A program made the position numbers and the translations under genes. DNA of 64,000 nt from an uncultured Acidimicrobiales bacterium (lineage in GTDB: Bacteria; Actinomycetota; Acidimicrobiia; Acidimicrobiales; SHLQ01). The DNA is taken from positions 157,790-221,789 of the forward strand of contig CAZFBD010000001.1 in assembly GCA_964517125.1 (NCBI GenBank), written 5' to 3'. Under the pieces are notes generated by a model. The model was not told where the DNA came from. It made no database searches and was given only the letters and a program-made list of their open reading frames with translations. This document shows positions 55,478-64,000 of the stretch, piece by piece. Position 1 is the first letter of the stretch, and the number at the start of each line of letters is the position of its first letter.

Positions 55478-56569
55478 TCAGTGACCGGATGCGTCTCGGA
55501 CCATTGCCAGACGAAGGCTTCCCTCGCTGACGCTGCCGTAGAACTCTCCGGGGCTCCCAACAACGCCGAGTTCGGTGGCGAGTGTTCGAGCGAGCTCCCA
55601 GCCGTCGCCCGTTGGCGCATCCATCCAGAGGTAGAAGCCGCCGTGGGGCATCGGTGCATCGATGTCGAGCGCGGACAACCGGTCCCGCATGTGGTGCAGC
55701 CGGGACAGATAGCGCTGGCGTTGCGCCTCGACATGGGTTGAGTCCGAGAACGCCGCAATCGCTGCTGCCTGGACCGGGCCGGGAACGAGAAGCCCCAGGT
55801 GCTGGCGGAGTTCGGCGAGAAACCCGACGATCTCTGGATCTCCGGCGATGAAACCCGCCCGAGTGCCGGCGAGGTTGGATCGCTTGCTGAGCGAGTGCAC
55901 GGCGACGACCCCGTCGAGTCCGTGTTCCAGAATGGTCGAGGGCGCCTCGTCCCAACAGAATTCCACGTAACACTCATCGGAGAAGACCGGCACGCCATGG
56001 TCCCGACCCCAGTTGGCAATCGCTCCGAGGTCTTCGCGAGCTCCCGTGGGATTCCCAGGGGACGCAACCCAGAGGCAGAGTGCCCGTTCCGCATCGGCGT
56101 CGGAAATGCTGGCGAGATCAAGTGTCCAATCGTCGTTGACACGAACGGGTACGGCTCGGCAGCCAGCGAGTTCGGCACCCATCGCATAACTCGGGTAGCT
56201 GACGGCCGGGTAGAGCACCGTGTCGAGATCGGGTCGACGAAGACGCAGCCAGTGCGGCAACCCAACCACCAGCTCCTTGCTGCCGACGGTAGCGATGAGG
56301 TTCGTCTCGGACACGACGTTGGAACCCACCGTGGAGTTCAGCCAGGTGGCTGCTGCTGAACGGTATTCGGCGGTTCCGACCGATGGCAGGTAGCCCCGCT
56401 CCAGCCCCGACGTGGAGAGCGCCGCAATGACCGTGTCGGGTGGTGGGTCTGTGGGGGTCCCGATGGAGAGATCGAGGGCCCCCTCGGGGTGCTTCGCCGC
56501 AAGCGCCCGGATCTCATCGAGCCGATCGAACGGATAGGGCGGCGGAACGAACGGCGCACGCATCGGCAT
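55478..56569 (-). CDS. dapC: Succinyldiaminopimelate transaminase-like class I aminotransferase
   Basis: PYPFDRL, DLSIGTPTDP, GSKE, SPGNPTG, SDECY, SLSKRSNLAG.RAGF. Confidence 0.75.
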   Translation of the reverse strand: MPMRAPFVPPPYPFDRLDEIRALAAKHPEGALDLSIGTPTDPPPDTVIAALSTSGLERGYLPSVGTAEYRSAAATWLNSTVGSNVVSETNLIATVGSKELVVGLPHWLRLRRPDLDTVLYPAVSYPSYAMGAELAGCRAVPVRVNDDWTLDLASISDADAERALCLWVASPGNPTGAREDLGAIANWGRDHGVPVFSDECYVEFCWDEAPSTILEHGLDGVVAVHSLSKRSNLAGTRAGFIAGDPEIVGFLAELRQHLGLLVPGPVQAAAIAAFSDSTHVEAQRQRYLSRLHHMRDRLSALDIDAPMPHGGFYLWMDAPTGDGWELARTLATELGVVGSPGEFYGSVSEGSLRLAMVRDASGH

Positions 56570-56570
56570 G

Positions 56571-57779
56571 TCAGATGATCGCCGTCTCGACGAACGGTTC
56601 GCCGCTGACGAGCCGTTCATAGCCAAGCGGCGAGAGGTCGAGCGTGCGGTAGTCGCCGTAGGTGATCAGCTCAGATGCTCCGCGGCCCATGGCTGGCGAC
56701 TGCTGCATGCCGTGGCCCGAGAAGCCGTTCACAAACACGAAGTTCGAAACCTCGTGGTGGGGTCCGACGATCACGTTCTGGTCGAAGGTGTTGTGGGCGT
56801 AGTGCCCGGCCCATCTGCTGATCACCTTGACCCGCTCAAAGGCGGGAATCCGGTTTGCGAGCGCTGGCCACACCTTGTCCTCGAAGATGTCCTGGTCCAT
56901 TGAGAAGTCGTCGAACGGCACGGCAGGATCGTGGTCGGGAGCACATCCGGCCATGTAGGCGTCGCCGTCGCTTCTGACATGCACGCCGCTGGGGTCGATG
57001 GTGAGGGGAAGATCTCGGTCGAGTGGCTCGGCGGCATCGAAGATGAAGGTGAATCGCTTACGCGGCTCCACCGGCAGATGCAGCCCGGCCATCTCGGCGA
57101 TTCTTACTGCTCGGGGACCCGCCGCGTTCACCAGCGTTCCGCAACTCACCGTCTCGCCTGAAGCGAGCGTGACACCCTGTACACGGTCGTCGGCCACGTC
57201 GACACCGATGACCTCGTTGGTGAGGTACTCCACGCCGTTCACACGAGCGTTTCGACGGAGCTGATCGAACATGGTCCCGCTGTCGAAGTATCCCTCGTCG
57301 ATCAGGTTGTGCGACCCGCAGACGATGCCGTCGAGGTTGTAGAACGGATACGCCGCAGCGATCTCGTCGGGAGCCAGAATCTGGGTGCCTGCGCCGTATT
57401 CGGCCTGGAGTTCCTGGTTGTGCCGAAGACGCTCGGCGAACTTTGCGGTGTCGGCCAGGTACATGTAGCCGTAGTGGTTCACGTGCAGCTCGGGAGCTTC
57501 GCTGGCGTCACCCATGTAGGTCTGGAAATCTCTGACGAAGTCCGCAGCGAACTGGGAGATCCTCACATTCAGTTCGTTGGAGAACTGCTGTCGCATACAG
57601 CTGTTGGTATGCCCGGTGGAGGACAGTTCGTAGCTGGGGTCCTTCTCGATGACCAGCACGGAGCCATCGAAGTCGGGATTGGCCGACAGGAACCACGCGA
57701 CCGCTGAGCCGGTGACAGCACCTCCGACGATCACCACGTCGTAGGTGGGCTGGGACGGGCTGGAGGCGAGTGGTTTCAT
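56571..57779 (-). CDS. FAD-dependent oxidoreductase (DAO / sarcosine oxidase beta-like)
   Basis: VVIVGGAVTG, MRQQFS, VNAAG, WAGHY, GFSGHGMQQSPA. Confidence 0.88.
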   Translation of the reverse strand: MKPLASSPSQPTYDVVIVGGAVTGSAVAWFLSANPDFDGSVLVIEKDPSYELSSTGHTNSCMRQQFSNELNVRISQFAADFVRDFQTYMGDASEAPELHVNHYGYMYLADTAKFAERLRHNQELQAEYGAGTQILAPDEIAAAYPFYNLDGIVCGSHNLIDEGYFDSGTMFDQLRRNARVNGVEYLTNEVIGVDVADDRVQGVTLASGETVSCGTLVNAAGPRAVRIAEMAGLHLPVEPRKRFTFIFDAAEPLDRDLPLTIDPSGVHVRSDGDAYMAGCAPDHDPAVPFDDFSMDQDIFEDKVWPALANRIPAFERVKVISRWAGHYAHNTFDQNVIVGPHHEVSNFVFVNGFSGHGMQQSPAMGRGASELITYGDYRTLDLSPLGYERLVSGEPFVETAII

Positions 57780-59410
57780 CGGACGTATCCCTGTGTTTGA
57801 TCGTTGAGTACTGCCGCCGAATCGCGTTCGGTGAGATCGCCGAATCCCCCGCCTCCGGGAAGCTCGAGAATGAGCCGACGGTCTGCTGGCACGGTTTGCT
57901 TGCCCTTGCTCGCGAAGGGGGTCCCGTCGTCGAGGTACACGGCGCCGGCCTTGCCGTCGCCTCCGCCAGCGCGGCCTCGGGCCGGGTTGTCGACGCGGTC
58001 GAACATTGCGGAGAACTCGAAGAGGTAGCCGTCGGAGGGAGCGATCTCGATGATCTGGCCCAGGCCGCCGCGGTACTTGCCGGGCCCGCCGCTGTCCTCT
58101 CTGATCTCCTTGCGCCAGATCACGATCGGGCCGATCTGCTCGGTCGCTTCAGCACTCATCGTCATGACCCCGGAGGGGAACGCCGTGGCCGTGAGCCCGT
58201 CGAGGGTTGGTCGGGCTCCGCTACCACCACTGTTGAACATGAGGAGTTCGACCGGGGGCAGGAGCTTTTGCGGATCGGCCGAGCGTGCACTCGCCTGGAA
58301 GTTCCACAACGCACCGGCTCCTTCGGCGGGAACGACATCGGGTATCGCCTGCGCGATTGCGCCGAGACAGAGATCGGTGACGAAGTGCCCGATCACGTGC
58401 CGCACCGACACGGGGTCAGGGTCCTGGGCGTTCAGGATCACTCCATCGGGGGCGCTGACCCGAAACGGTTCTAGCGACGCAAAGTTGTTCGGAAGCTCGG
58501 GTGCCAACGCCACGAGCATCCCGTACGTGTAGTACGCCTGAGCGTAGGTGAGCGGCACGTTGACACCGAACGGGCTGAGTGCCGAGGTGCCGGCGAAGTC
58601 GGCGTGCATGCCGTCATCTGCAACGGTCAGTTCCACGGCGAGCGTCACCGGCTCGTTGTACCCGTCGACGGTCATGGTGTTGCGGTACACGCCGTTCGGG
58701 ACGTTCTCGAGCGCGAGCATGGTGGCCGCGTGGGTTCGCTCGAAGATGAAGGAGGTCAGCTCGTCCAGGTCGTCCATGTCGAACTCGGCCATCATGTCGA
58801 GGAGCCGTCGGCGTCCGGTCTCGTTGCATGCAGCGAGACCGTGAATGTCGCCCAGGACCTGGTCTTGTTCGCGAACGTTGTTTCGGATGATCGAGACGAG
58901 GTCGCGGTTCAGTTCGCCGCGATCGATCCACTTCATGATCGGAATGCGGATGCCTTCCTCGTAGACCTCGGTGGCGTCCGGTCCGTAGCCACGGCCACCG
59001 ACGTCGACGACGTGGGCGGTGCAGGCGAAAAACCCAACCAGCGAGTCGTGGGCGAAGACGGGCGTCGTGACCGTGATGTCGTGCAGATGGCCGGTTCCCT
59101 TCCACGGATCGTTCGTGAGGTACACGTCGCCGGGGTGGATGCGTTCCGGGCCGATGTCGTTGATGAAGTGCGGCACCGACGCAGCCATGGTGTTCACATG
59201 TCCGGGCGTGCCGGTGACCGCCTGGGCGATCATGCGGCCGTCCCGGTCGAATACGCCCGCCGACAGATCGCCGGCTTCACGGACCGAGGTGCTGAACGCG
59301 GTTCGCACGAGGGTGAGCGCCTGCTCTTCGAGGATCGAGATCAGGCGGTTCCACATGATCTGGTACTGGACCTCGCGGCGGCGCGCGATCGCTGCATCAG
59401 CTTGTGTCAT
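57776..59410 (-). CDS. Hydantoinase B / 5-oxoprolinase beta-type subunit
   Basis: RTAFSTSVREAGD, TPGH, NDPWKGTGHLHD, HVVDVGG, SGGPGKYRGG, PGGGGFG. Confidence 0.9.
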   Translation of the reverse strand: MTQADAAIARRREVQYQIMWNRLISILEEQALTLVRTAFSTSVREAGDLSAGVFDRDGRMIAQAVTGTPGHVNTMAASVPHFINDIGPERIHPGDVYLTNDPWKGTGHLHDITVTTPVFAHDSLVGFFACTAHVVDVGGRGYGPDATEVYEEGIRIPIMKWIDRGELNRDLVSIIRNNVREQDQVLGDIHGLAACNETGRRRLLDMMAEFDMDDLDELTSFIFERTHAATMLALENVPNGVYRNTMTVDGYNEPVTLAVELTVADDGMHADFAGTSALSPFGVNVPLTYAQAYYTYGMLVALAPELPNNFASLEPFRVSAPDGVILNAQDPDPVSVRHVIGHFVTDLCLGAIAQAIPDVVPAEGAGALWNFQASARSADPQKLLPPVELLMFNSGGSGARPTLDGLTATAFPSGVMTMSAEATEQIGPIVIWRKEIREDSGGPGKYRGGLGQIIEIAPSDGYLFEFSAMFDRVDNPARGRAGGGDGKAGAVYLDDGTPFASKGKQTVPADRRLILELPGGGGFGDLTERDSAAVLNDQTQGYVR

Positions 59411-61488
59411 GAGTGACTCGTTTCGTGTCGTGTGACCCGCAAGGAGCCGTCGGGCTGTACGACGGCGCGGTGGTGGGAACCAAGCACGGTGGTGGTCTGC
59501 GCTTCGACGATCACCGCTGGTCCATCGACGGCGTCGCCGATGCCGAGGATTTCGCGGTCAACGACACCGGAGGGGACCGAGTCGCCGAGGACCGAATCGA
59601 AGATTGGGCGCTGGACATCTGGTGTGACGACAGCACCGGCGCTGACCAGCTCCAGGATTGGTGGTTGGTCGAGGACCGACGCCACTCGGACCGACCAGCT
59701 GACGGTCTCGATTGCAAGATCGTCGATCGCCCGGCCGAAGAACTCTTCATAGGCCTTGGTGAACGTGGCGATCAGCCCGTCGACGGCAAACGCGTCGAAT
59801 TGTCCGGAGTTCAGCCGGACCGGGATCTCCCAGCCCTGGCCCTTGTAGCGCATGGACACCTGGCGTTCGACCGTGAGCTCTGCGTCGGTGCCCTGTCGGA
59901 CGAAGGATTCCGCCTCGTCCTGGAGCTCCGCCAGCAGGCGGTCGACGGCCGCATGGTCGAACTGGTCGGTTCGTGTGTAGAGACTGCGCACGGCCTCGTA
60001 GGCGAAGGGCGCCCGAAGAAAGCCAATCGCAGATCCGACGCCCGCACCTGGTGGAACGAACAGCTCGTCCAGGCCGAGTTTGTCCATGAGGCGGGTTGCG
60101 TGGATGGGTGCTCCGCCACCAAAGGCGACCATCGCGAACCCTGCGAGATCCTTGCCGTTCTCGACGGCGTGCACGCGTGCGGCGTTCGTCATGTTCTCGT
60201 CGACGACTTCGGCGATTCCGATGGCGGCAGTGTCGGCATCCATGCCGAGTGCGTCACCGATTGCCGCCGAGATTGCGTCGGTCGCACGCTGGGGTGAGAG
60301 GCTGATGTCGCTGGCGCCAAAGGTGCTCGGGTGAAGGCGTCCGAGTTGGACATTGGCGTCGGTCACCGTAGGGGCCTCGCCGCCGAGGTCATAGGAGGCC
60401 GGCCCCGGGTCTGAGCCAGCGCTGTGCGGACCGATCCGGATCTGGCCGAGCGTGTCGACCGATGCGATGGAACCTCCACCGGCGCCAATCTCGATCATCT
60501 CGATGACGGGAATGGAGATGGGCATGCCACTCCCCTTCTTGAACCGTGTGGTTCGGGCCACCTCGAAGGTCTTCGCGGTCTGTGGCGTGAAGTCCTCGAT
60601 GAGTGCGATCTTGGCTGTTGTGCCGCCCATGTCATAGGACAGCACCCGGTCCCGGCCGTAGCGAGCCGCCAGATCGGCTGCGAAGATCGCTCCGCCCGCT
60701 GGACCGGATTCGACGAGTCGGACAGGGAAGGCCGCAGCGGTCTCGACGCTCACCAGGCCACCGCCAGAGTGGATCAGGTAGAGCGGGCAGGTCGCTCCGC
60801 GCCGCTGCAGCTCATCCTGCAGGCGCAGGAGGTACGACGCCATGAGTGGCTGCACGTAGGCGTTTGCAGCGACCGTGTTGAAGCGTTCGAACTCGCGCAT
60901 CTGTGGCGAGACTTCGGCGCTGATGGATACGGACACCTCGGGGAGCCTCGCAAGGAGCAGTTCGCGGAAGCGGCGCTCGTGTGCCGCGTTTCGGTAGCTG
61001 TGGAGAAAGCCGACCGCTACGGCCTCGTAGCCGCGGGCTTCGATCTTGTCGATCACCTTGTGAGCGCTGGCCTCGTCGAAGGCCAGCAGAACCTCGCCGC
61101 GTGCGTTGATGCGTTCGGACACGGTGAACCGGTCCTTGCGTTCGATCAACGGCGTCGGGAGCACGATGTTCAGGTCGTACTGTTCGAATCGGCCTTCGGT
61201 CCGGGTCTCGATGACGTCCCGGAAGCCTTCGGTCGTGACGAGGGCGGTGTGTGCGCCGCGTCGTTCGATCAGGGCATTCGTGGCAAGTGTGGTGCCATGG
61301 ATGATCTGCTCGGTATCCGAAAGTGACACGCCATGTTCGGAGGCAAGCTGTTCGATTCCAGCGAGGATGCCCTGCTCGGGTCCCTGGTGTGTCGTCAGGA
61401 CCTTCGTGGAGACAAAGCTGCCATCGGCTCGTTCGAGCACGACGTCGGTGAAGGTGCCGCCGACATCGGCGCCGATTCGGACCGACAC
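59407..61488 (-). CDS. Hydantoinase A / 5-oxoprolinase ATP-binding subunit
   Basis: DVGGTFTD, HGTTLATNA, ESGPAGG, DMGGTT, IGAGGGS, AFGGGAP. Confidence 0.9.
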   Translation of the reverse strand: MSVRIGADVGGTFTDVVLERADGSFVSTKVLTTHQGPEQGILAGIEQLASEHGVSLSDTEQIIHGTTLATNALIERRGAHTALVTTEGFRDVIETRTEGRFEQYDLNIVLPTPLIERKDRFTVSERINARGEVLLAFDEASAHKVIDKIEARGYEAVAVGFLHSYRNAAHERRFRELLLARLPEVSVSISAEVSPQMREFERFNTVAANAYVQPLMASYLLRLQDELQRRGATCPLYLIHSGGGLVSVETAAAFPVRLVESGPAGGAIFAADLAARYGRDRVLSYDMGGTTAKIALIEDFTPQTAKTFEVARTTRFKKGSGMPISIPVIEMIEIGAGGGSIASVDTLGQIRIGPHSAGSDPGPASYDLGGEAPTVTDANVQLGRLHPSTFGASDISLSPQRATDAISAAIGDALGMDADTAAIGIAEVVDENMTNAARVHAVENGKDLAGFAMVAFGGGAPIHATRLMDKLGLDELFVPPGAGVGSAIGFLRAPFAYEAVRSLYTRTDQFDHAAVDRLLAELQDEAESFVRQGTDAELTVERQVSMRYKGQGWEIPVRLNSGQFDAFAVDGLIATFTKAYEEFFGRAIDDLAIETVSWSVRVASVLDQPPILELVSAGAVVTPDVQRPIFDSVLGDSVPSGVVDREILGIGDAVDGPAVIVEAQTTTVLGSHHRAVVQPDGSLRVTRHETSHS

Positions 61489-61490
61489 GG

Positions 61491-62294
61491 CTACAGATCC
61501 TCGAGCTTCGGGAAGTCTGACGGTGGCATGATGTCGACCGTTGCGGAGCGTTGCTGTGCGAGCATTCCGCCGTCGACCTTGATGACGTCACCGGTGATGT
61601 AGGCGGCATCGTCCGACGCGAGGAACAGCGCGGCTCCCGTCATGTCGATCGGCTCGCCGATTCGCCCGAGTGGAACGTTTTCTCCCCGCAGCTGTCGGGC
61701 CTCGAGGTCCATGCCGGACGTGTCGATCGAGCCCGGCATGAGGGCGTTGATGCGAATGTTGTACGGGCCGAGATCGAGTGCCATTGCCCGGGTGAGCGCT
61801 TCGATTCCGCCCTTGGTGGCGTCGTACGCGGTGAAGGACCGGTGTGCCCTCGTGGCGCCGCCGGAGCTCATGTTGATGATGGAACCGCCGCCCTGCTTGG
61901 CCATGATCCGGGCAACCGGATGGGACACGAGAAAGTGCCCGGTGAGGTTCACGTCGATGATCCGGCGCCACCAGGCCTCGTCCGCTTCGAAGAAATGCAG
62001 CATTGGCGAGATGATGCCGGCGTTGTTCACGAGCACGTCGATTCGACCGTGTGTGTCCATGACGGCGTCGACCATCGTGGCCACCTGGGCCGAGTCGGAG
62101 ACATCGGCCACGCCGGCCATGGCTTCGCCGCCCGCGGCGTTGATGCTGTCGACGACTTCTGCCACGGCGTCGGCCTGCACGTCGTTGATGACGACCTTTG
62201 ACCCCGCCCCGCCGAATCGCTCGGCGATTGCGCGTCCGATTCCGCCCGCTGCGCCGGTGACGACGACGATCTTGCCATTCAGGGATTCATGCAT
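61491..62294 (-). CDS. SDR family oxidoreductase
   Basis: TGAAGGIG, NNAG, YDATKG. Confidence 0.9.
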   Translation of the reverse strand: MHESLNGKIVVVTGAAGGIGRAIAERFGGAGSKVVINDVQADAVAEVVDSINAAGGEAMAGVADVSDSAQVATMVDAVMDTHGRIDVLVNNAGIISPMLHFFEADEAWWRRIIDVNLTGHFLVSHPVARIMAKQGGGSIINMSSGGATRAHRSFTAYDATKGGIEALTRAMALDLGPYNIRINALMPGSIDTSGMDLEARQLRGENVPLGRIGEPIDMTGAALFLASDDAAYITGDVIKVDGGMLAQQRSATVDIMPPSDFPKLEDL

Positions 62295-62324
62295 TGTTGG
62301 TACTCCGGTAGATGGTGGTGAGAG

Positions 62325-62654
62325 TCAGATTGTTGCGATGCTTGCGGCCACGTCGGCCAGCGCCGGTTCGTTACGTCGGTAGTACACCCATCCCTTGCGT
62401 CGGGTGGGAATGACGAGGCCGGCGTCGGTGAGAACCTTGAGATGCCGGGATCCTGCTGGTTGGCTCACACCGAGCTTGTCTACGATGAATTGGTTGCAGG
62501 CGCCATGATCGACCGGGTCGCCGTGTTCCTGCGGCGGGAAGTGTGCCTCGGGGTCTTTGAGCCATTCGAGGATCTGGAGCCGGCGGGCACTTGCGAGCGC
62601 CTTGAGGACGGCTTCGAGATCGGTCTGTGCGGTCATGGTCGATGACATAGCCAT
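62325..62654 (-). CDS. ArsR/SmtB family transcriptional regulator
   Basis: LKALASARRLQILEWL, GVSQPAGSRHLKVL, RKGWVYYRR. Start could be 62636, 62648 or 62654. Confidence 0.88.
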   Translation of the reverse strand: MAMSSTMTAQTDLEAVLKALASARRLQILEWLKDPEAHFPPQEHGDPVDHGACNQFIVDKLGVSQPAGSRHLKVLTDAGLVIPTRRKGWVYYRRNEPALADVAASIATI

Positions 62655-62682
62655 ATAACTAGCATGTTATGTGGCTATGTCA
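62643..62682. promoter_or_regulatory. 17-6-17 inverted repeat, putative ArsR operator
   Basis: TGACATAGCCATATAAC-TAGCAT-GTTATGTGGCTATGTCA, one mismatch; AT-rich in a GC-rich background. Confidence 0.7.
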
Positions 62683-62718
62683 ATGCTCCGGCCGACTTCT
62701 CTCGCCTACGATCCGGAC

Positions 62719-63507
62719 ATGCCGCACTACGACACGCATGCACATCACACCATCAGCTGGGTCGATCTGGCTGCCAAGGATCTCTCCGGGGCCCTCGAGT
62801 TCTACTCCGAGATGATGGGCTGGACCAGCTTCAACGATGGCGAGACGCCCTACCACGTCTTTCAACGGGACGAGATTGCCGTGGGTGGCGTGATGGAGCT
62901 GACCGGGGACATGGGCGAGATGCCGCCTGTGTGGTCGGTGTACGTCAGCGTGGCCGACGCTCAGGCCACGTGCGATGCAGCCACGACGGCTGGAGGCGCC
63001 GTCTATCAGGCTCCCTTCGACATTCCCGATGGCGGCAAGATTGCGGTCGTCGCCGACCCAGCAGGATCGGTCATCTGTCCCTTCGAGGGTATGGACGGCA
63101 ACGGTCTCGGCATGCTCGACGAGCCGGGAGCACCCTGCTGGTTCGACTGCATGAGCCGCGACGTCGACGCCTCCATCGCCTTCTACGAGACCGTGTTCGG
63201 CTGGAGCGCCCAACCCATGCCAGGAGACTTCCCCTACACGGTGTTCCTCCACGACGGCGTGCCGCTGGCCGGAACCATGCCCATGCCGCCACAGATGCCT
63301 GACGAGGTGCCCTCCCATTGGGTGGTCAACTTTTCGGTCGACGACGCCGACATCGCCACGGAAGTTCTGGTGGCCGCGGGTGGAACCGTCATGATGCCGC
63401 CATCGGACACGATGTTCGGCCGTTCCGCATCGGTGATGGACCCGTGGGGCACCCCGTTCAACATCATCGATCGGTCCGGTGCTGAGGCTTCCTCCGAGGA
63501 GGAATGA
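62719..63507 (+). CDS. VOC/glyoxalase family protein, two domains (CFP32-like)
   Basis: ISWVDL..FYSEMMGW..WSVYVSV..DPAG repeated as CWFDC..FYETVFGW..WVVNFSV..DPWG. TACGAT 6 nt before ATG 62719. Confidence 0.88.
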   Translation: MPHYDTHAHHTISWVDLAAKDLSGALEFYSEMMGWTSFNDGETPYHVFQRDEIAVGGVMELTGDMGEMPPVWSVYVSVADAQATCDAATTAGGAVYQAPFDIPDGGKIAVVADPAGSVICPFEGMDGNGLGMLDEPGAPCWFDCMSRDVDASIAFYETVFGWSAQPMPGDFPYTVFLHDGVPLAGTMPMPPQMPDEVPSHWVVNFSVDDADIATEVLVAAGGTVMMPPSDTMFGRSASVMDPWGTPFNIIDRSGAEASSEEE

Positions 63508-63550
63508 TCCGCTACCCTCGGCCGAATCCTCGAATCCATTTGGAGCGTCC

Positions 63551-64000
63551 GTGGCACTTCTCGATTGGCACAGCGACCGCAGCGATCTGACCGGCGCAGC
63601 CCTGCTCGATCAGGCACCCGAGTCTGCGGGGATCGACCTTGTCGCCGTGCGGGCCTACCGCCTGGCTTCGGTACGTCGAGAGATGGCGGCGCGGAACATC
63701 GATGCGGTCATCCTGTCTGATGCGATCAACATTCGGTACACAACCGGGACTCGGAACATGCAGATCTTCTCGAGTCGCAATGCGCCGTCGCGCTACCTGG
63801 TGGTGACCCAGGACCGAACGATCCTGTTCGAGTTCACCGGGTGCGCCCACCTCGCAGAAGGCTTCGAGACCATCGACGAGGTACGCGAGTCCAGCACGGC
63901 GAGCTACTGCGCTGCCGGACCCGACATCGCCGCACGCGAGAGCGCCTGGGCGGCCGACATGGCCGGACTGATCACCGACCTCGTGGGCGACCGGCCAACG
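63551..64000 (+). CDS. M24 (Xaa-Pro peptidase/creatinase) family protein, DddP-like N-terminus, partial
   Basis: Not in ORF track. Manual translation: MALLDWHSDR...VRAYRLASVRREMAARNIDAVILSDAINIRYTTGTRNMQIFSSRNAPSRY...; open to the window end. Confidence 0.7.
   Translation, partial: MALLDWHSDRSDLTGAALLDQAPESAGIDLVAVRAYRLASVRREMAARNIDAVILSDAINIRYTTGTRNMQIFSSRNAPSRYLVVTQDRTILFEFTGCAHLAEGFETIDEVRESSTASYCAAGPDIAARESAWAADMAGLITDLVGDRPT

Noticed and set aside
222..63850. Many long antisense or alternate-frame ORFs (e.g. 3548..5173 -, 17034..18659 -, 29474..31342 +, 42392..43846 +)
   Set aside because: They shadow well-supported genes, lack motifs, and are expected in high-GC DNA.

Overview
GC-rich, gene-dense chromosomal window. 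Gene content (ECF sigma, Hanks kinase/FHA pair, NDMA-type ADH, MoxR-VWA operons, many leaderless starts) suggests an Actinomycetota genome, probably a marine Acidimicrobiia-like organism; this taxonomy is inference. About 55 CDSs, dominated by catabolism of small methylated N/S compounds: a DmdA-like aminomethyltransferase, gmaS/glnT plus mgsABC (N-methylglutamate pathway), two 2OG-Fe(II) oxygenases, an arylsulfatase, tandem amidohydrolases with a CobW GTPase, a hydantoinase/oxoprolinase A/B plus DAO operon, an enolase-superfamily enzyme, and a DddP-like M24 protein cut by the right edge. I saw no rRNA, tRNA, CRISPR-Cas, transposase, integrase or phage genes. Most notable non-coding signals: (i) a shared near-palindrome (TGGACGnTCGTTCAG) exactly 35 nt upstream of two distant ATGs (4187 and 32835), implying a regulon, perhaps of the nearby BetI-like TetR; (ii) three GGGGTCWGACCCC palindromes at an exact 25-bp period; (iii) a 17-6-17 inverted repeat at an ArsR divergon; (iv) tandem CRP-like sites. 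Two gene remnants are also present: a collapsed two-component system and a 50-aa FAD-oxidoreductase stub. All product calls come from reading motifs by eye; no database searches were run.
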